35,877 nt of DNA, taken from the IMG/VR virus record IMGVR_UViG_3300025458_000009, positions 1-35,877 of that record. One strand, 5' to 3'. Below, piece after piece: positions 34,001-35,877 of the stretch. Under the pieces are notes generated by a model. It ran no database searches and had not been told where the DNA came from. It saw only the letters and a program-made list of their open reading frames with translations. Each line of letters starts with the position of its first letter. Position 1 is the stretch's first letter. Position numbers and translations under genes: made by a program. The stretch is from a virus (lineage: Duplodnaviria > Caudoviricetes).

Positions 34001-35877
34001 TGCTGTCCGGGGACAACGCCGGGTCCTACGTGGTGGCCGAAGTGCTGACGGGCACCAGCCTGCGGGTGAGTCCGGCGGCCCTGGCTACGACAAGTACCCC
34101 GGTCGTCTGGTCCTTGTACGAGGGCTACACCCGTGACGTGTACGACCCCTCGCTGGCGGCGGACTTCGTGTACCAGACCTTCAACCACCTCCCCGAGGAG
34201 CCCTTCCAGGTGCGGCTCCTGTCCCCGTTGGGGGATGTGCCGACCGACCAGGTGAACAACCGCCTCAAGGCCAACATGGAGGGGGCCCTGGAGAGTGGGC
34301 GGCCCATCGAACTCCGCTACGGCCTGACAGTGGCAACCTCGACCAACACGGCGAGCCTCACTCCTCTGACACAGGCGGAGCTTGGCCCCGTGGCGAACAA
34401 CAGCCTGGAGGTGCCGGACACGGGATCGACCAGGTTCACGACCGAGAAGTTCTCCATCCGGGTGGGCACCGAGTCCTACTACCACGGGGCACTCTTGACA
34501 GGGGTGGCCTCGTTTAGTGCCGACCCGGGCGGCGGTTCTGGCATCGAGTACCTCACAGCGGCAGGCAGTGACGGTGACATCGGGCTCCTGAAATTCGGGT
34601 CAAACGTCCTGGTGTCGTATGCCACAGCGCCCGTCTGGTACGTGGAGGAGTTCTCTGACCCCTCTGACCTGACGGCCCTGGCTGCTGAGTACAACCCCAA
34701 CACGGGCTACCTCAACCTCCCAGAGGCGGACGTGACGGCCTGGGCAGGCACACGGGCCTACTTCGTGGAGCGGATGATCACGGAGGGCCGTGAGGACGTG
34801 TCCCTGTCACCGCAGGTCGGCACTTTCGCCTTCAACAGCCCCGTCCCCGAGGGCTGCGCCGTGGAAGCGCAGTACTGGCGGGCGGACCTGGAAGGCCGCA
34901 AGGTCGGCGACGAGGTCGTGGAGTTCCTGCCCGTCCCCGTCCGCAACGAGGCGGCCCAGCGGGTGTCCGACAAGGTATTCTACTTCAACACCACTCAGAA
35001 CACGGTGCTCCAGGCCATTGATCCCATCGTCTACTTGGGGCCGGTGCAGCAGAACTTCGGGACGCAGGACTGCATCATCGACTTCCCGACTGACATGGCC
35101 GGGGTGGGGCGGATCACGTTCCTGGCGCAGACCATCCCGGCCCACGTCGACGTCATGGTGTCCTACTGGGTCTTCGAGGCTCAGGGCGGCGAACGGGCCT
35201 ACGAGACCAGCCAGAAGCCGGTTTACAGGCCGCCCTTCTTCATCAAGGAGAACCTCGACCGCTTCGGCCTCCGGGGTGATAGGACGGCGGACTTCGTAGC
35301 GGGACAGTTGCTCCGGTTCGGTGAGGACTGTTTCTACGTCCGGGCCGTGGACTACTGGCCGGACGACGACATCACCGGCATCGACATCTTCCCGTCGACC
35401 GTCACTGAGGTAGGCACGAGGGCCCCGGCGAACGACGTCATCTCCGTGATGACCTTGGACCCCGTGACCACCATCGTGGACCCGGACGGAACTCCCGTGG
35501 CTACGACCGCCCCGGCAGGCTTCATGTTCCCCGTGGACCTGGCGACGTTCCCCTTTGAGCCTGTCAGCAAGGGCCAGAAGGCCATCACGTTCACCGGAGA
35601 CCTGACGTCCTTTGCCATCCCGGGCCACATCTTTGAGATCGGGGGCTACCCCTTCACCATCTCGGAGGTGGGCCTCAACGATGACGGCACACGCACGAAG
35701 GTTTCGGTGACCGCTGGGTTCCAGGCGGCGTTCGACGTGTCTAACAGCCCGACGGTGAAGCTCTCCTACCGGCCCATCTACGCCCCGGACACCAGAGACA
35801 TTCTGGGGTTGGGTGCCTTGCTGGAGAGTGAGGAGTCTGAGCTTGTCGTATATGGGGAGAGCAGCGGTGGCGTGACA
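31093..35877 (+). CDS. Giant baseplate/tail-associated structural protein (>=1595 aa, 3' partial; absent from ORF track)
   Basis: ATG at 31093 (MGFSFDGFVLRPPRISPVNSKYTGEPDNG...). No in-frame stop in the stretches I translated, and the track lists no closed ORF in this frame. Strong GC3 bias; acidic, beta-rich, with recurring xTGxIxF modules. Confidence 0.85.
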   Translation, partial: MGFSFDGFVLRPPRISPVNSKYTGEPDNGVIRVPMEVPPVYDISGTSPDFIDAYADQYRAAVLDGPGSSPQEYLFWAQNTAQLAVADDPSWWTELGQGTFPAGSLSVLDTTPAPQKPPLKGAGWFYDGTSRVVVADDGGRSLGAILWLVVARGDVDDYDDEGWVDPDNPASPRAGDNPYLAFEIATGDQNPVAGTADLTAAQLTLLDGGLSQERGDQIMGVRYTVGTVKMWWTRNDRYETRFGWSDTTQRWEPYKGSSPRDLGRLYLDQTYKMDPKVANLPVNSELPGTSVVDAYAMIRLGPSPSLALPVEDIVVRPNTEVAGGFDFTAYPDFNAVMGQTNGILEFNPSFAEQHAGKTVWYCFKTFTETDEGLVGQLLDALTDPLFLSPIPGPTDRPLLRLGNRTYLTPTLLDTDADQDAHGDPAEGEVSVSLSTGRIRLAPGDMAKSDPDDAAAFDKHFFGEDVIYDGVALNQVPQPTKAPVQLVDDAGVPSTAGSGDLFIPLAVTLPNDNYSTDLTRRGLGVSGIINAPDETGALPISPGTVPGIRPGGDTLTGVWTGMVRQVEDGVGDTIIFATQSAAQILVVDREQDLPDRSYKVAKGTAYVSRQAHGAGTLSKVQLSRDDLRDWDGEAVYFLQASLTPATYTRLPRVLSRNRDLFRFDGTEILYFNVDTVDYTWLASALPAASFYTPDQVAASINTAITGTGSAYALNGRLVIEGDDTVEIGWGTATDKDLSGAAILGFMPGWRVQGGTTNWLTDSGVSLGLNRSPVNMARTNATPDLAASDRMEDRTLTKNIQATPFFFLDAPPLQDVAGIDDGVFFNLQSMITEGESVTIVNRPLQHYSDIIHRFGQRKFDWVDDDSIEGNVERSTSVLGFGFSNIVPESMLGAPGIGGGFLISPDGGPSVFQDSDTDYVLPDDGISGQAILVERFGARAMSGAQGAMTAGSTTFSDPDGDFTNVQPGYRLKVLSGDNAGSYVVAEVLTGTSLRVSPAALATTSTPVVWSLYEGYTRDVYDPSLAADFVYQTFNHLPEEPFQVRLLSPLGDVPTDQVNNRLKANMEGALESGRPIELRYGLTVATSTNTASLTPLTQAELGPVANNSLEVPDTGSTRFTTEKFSIRVGTESYYHGALLTGVASFSADPGGGSGIEYLTAAGSDGDIGLLKFGSNVLVSYATAPVWYVEEFSDPSDLTALAAEYNPNTGYLNLPEADVTAWAGTRAYFVERMITEGREDVSLSPQVGTFAFNSPVPEGCAVEAQYWRADLEGRKVGDEVVEFLPVPVRNEAAQRVSDKVFYFNTTQNTVLQAIDPIVYLGPVQQNFGTQDCIIDFPTDMAGVGRITFLAQTIPAHVDVMVSYWVFEAQGGERAYETSQKPVYRPPFFIKENLDRFGLRGDRTADFVAGQLLRFGEDCFYVRAVDYWPDDDITGIDIFPSTVTEVGTRAPANDVISVMTLDPVTTIVDPDGTPVATTAPAGFMFPVDLATFPFEPVSKGQKAITFTGDLTSFAIPGHIFEIGGYPFTISEVGLNDDGTRTKVSVTAGFQAAFDVSNSPTVKLSYRPIYAPDTRDILGLGALLESEESELVVYGESSGGVT

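Noticed and set aside
1-35877. Stop-codon reassignment, as in some jumbo phages
   Set aside because: Genes are long and intact in code 11, and TAA, TAG and TGA all end genes right before the next RBS or start.
1-35877. Bacterial eCIS/T6SS/tailocin locus rather than a phage
   Set aside because: Neck/head-tail connector genes, homing-type endonucleases and a long TMP are present, and no Afp15-like AAA ATPase or Tss membrane components are seen, which fits a phage.

Overview
A GC-rich (roughly 60-65% by eye) virion morphogenesis region of a large contractile-tailed (myovirus, probably jumbo) phage, almost all on the + strand, with all three standard stop codons in use. Gene order: neck protein (5' truncated), putative tail-completion protein, a two-gene unit (unknown protein plus an actin-fold ATPase resembling volactin), two micro-ORFs, a NUMOD3/TnsA-like endonuclease, tail terminator, FmdB-like zinc ribbon, giant (~1758 aa) tail sheath, a small accessory island (two ORFs with near-identical N-termini and an antisense Hc1/histone-H1-like gene), tail tube, two probable tail chaperones, tape measure, two paralogous tube-initiator proteins, a hub with an inserted M15-type peptidase, a gp5/VgrG-like spike, an HNH-like endonuclease, a hydrophobic three-repeat candidate spike tip, and a >=1595 aa ORF running off the window. 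Most notable: (i) both endonuclease genes sit at a terminus of a structural gene, are flanked by a recoded duplicate of that terminus, and are fused in frame to the orphaned copy; (ii) a ~120-nt GAC-repeat, structured leader occurs twice, before the sheath gene and before the chaperone-TMP-baseplate block; (iii) a phage-encoded volactin-like actin with a coupled candidate adaptor. All family calls come from motif recognition and gene order; no database search was run.
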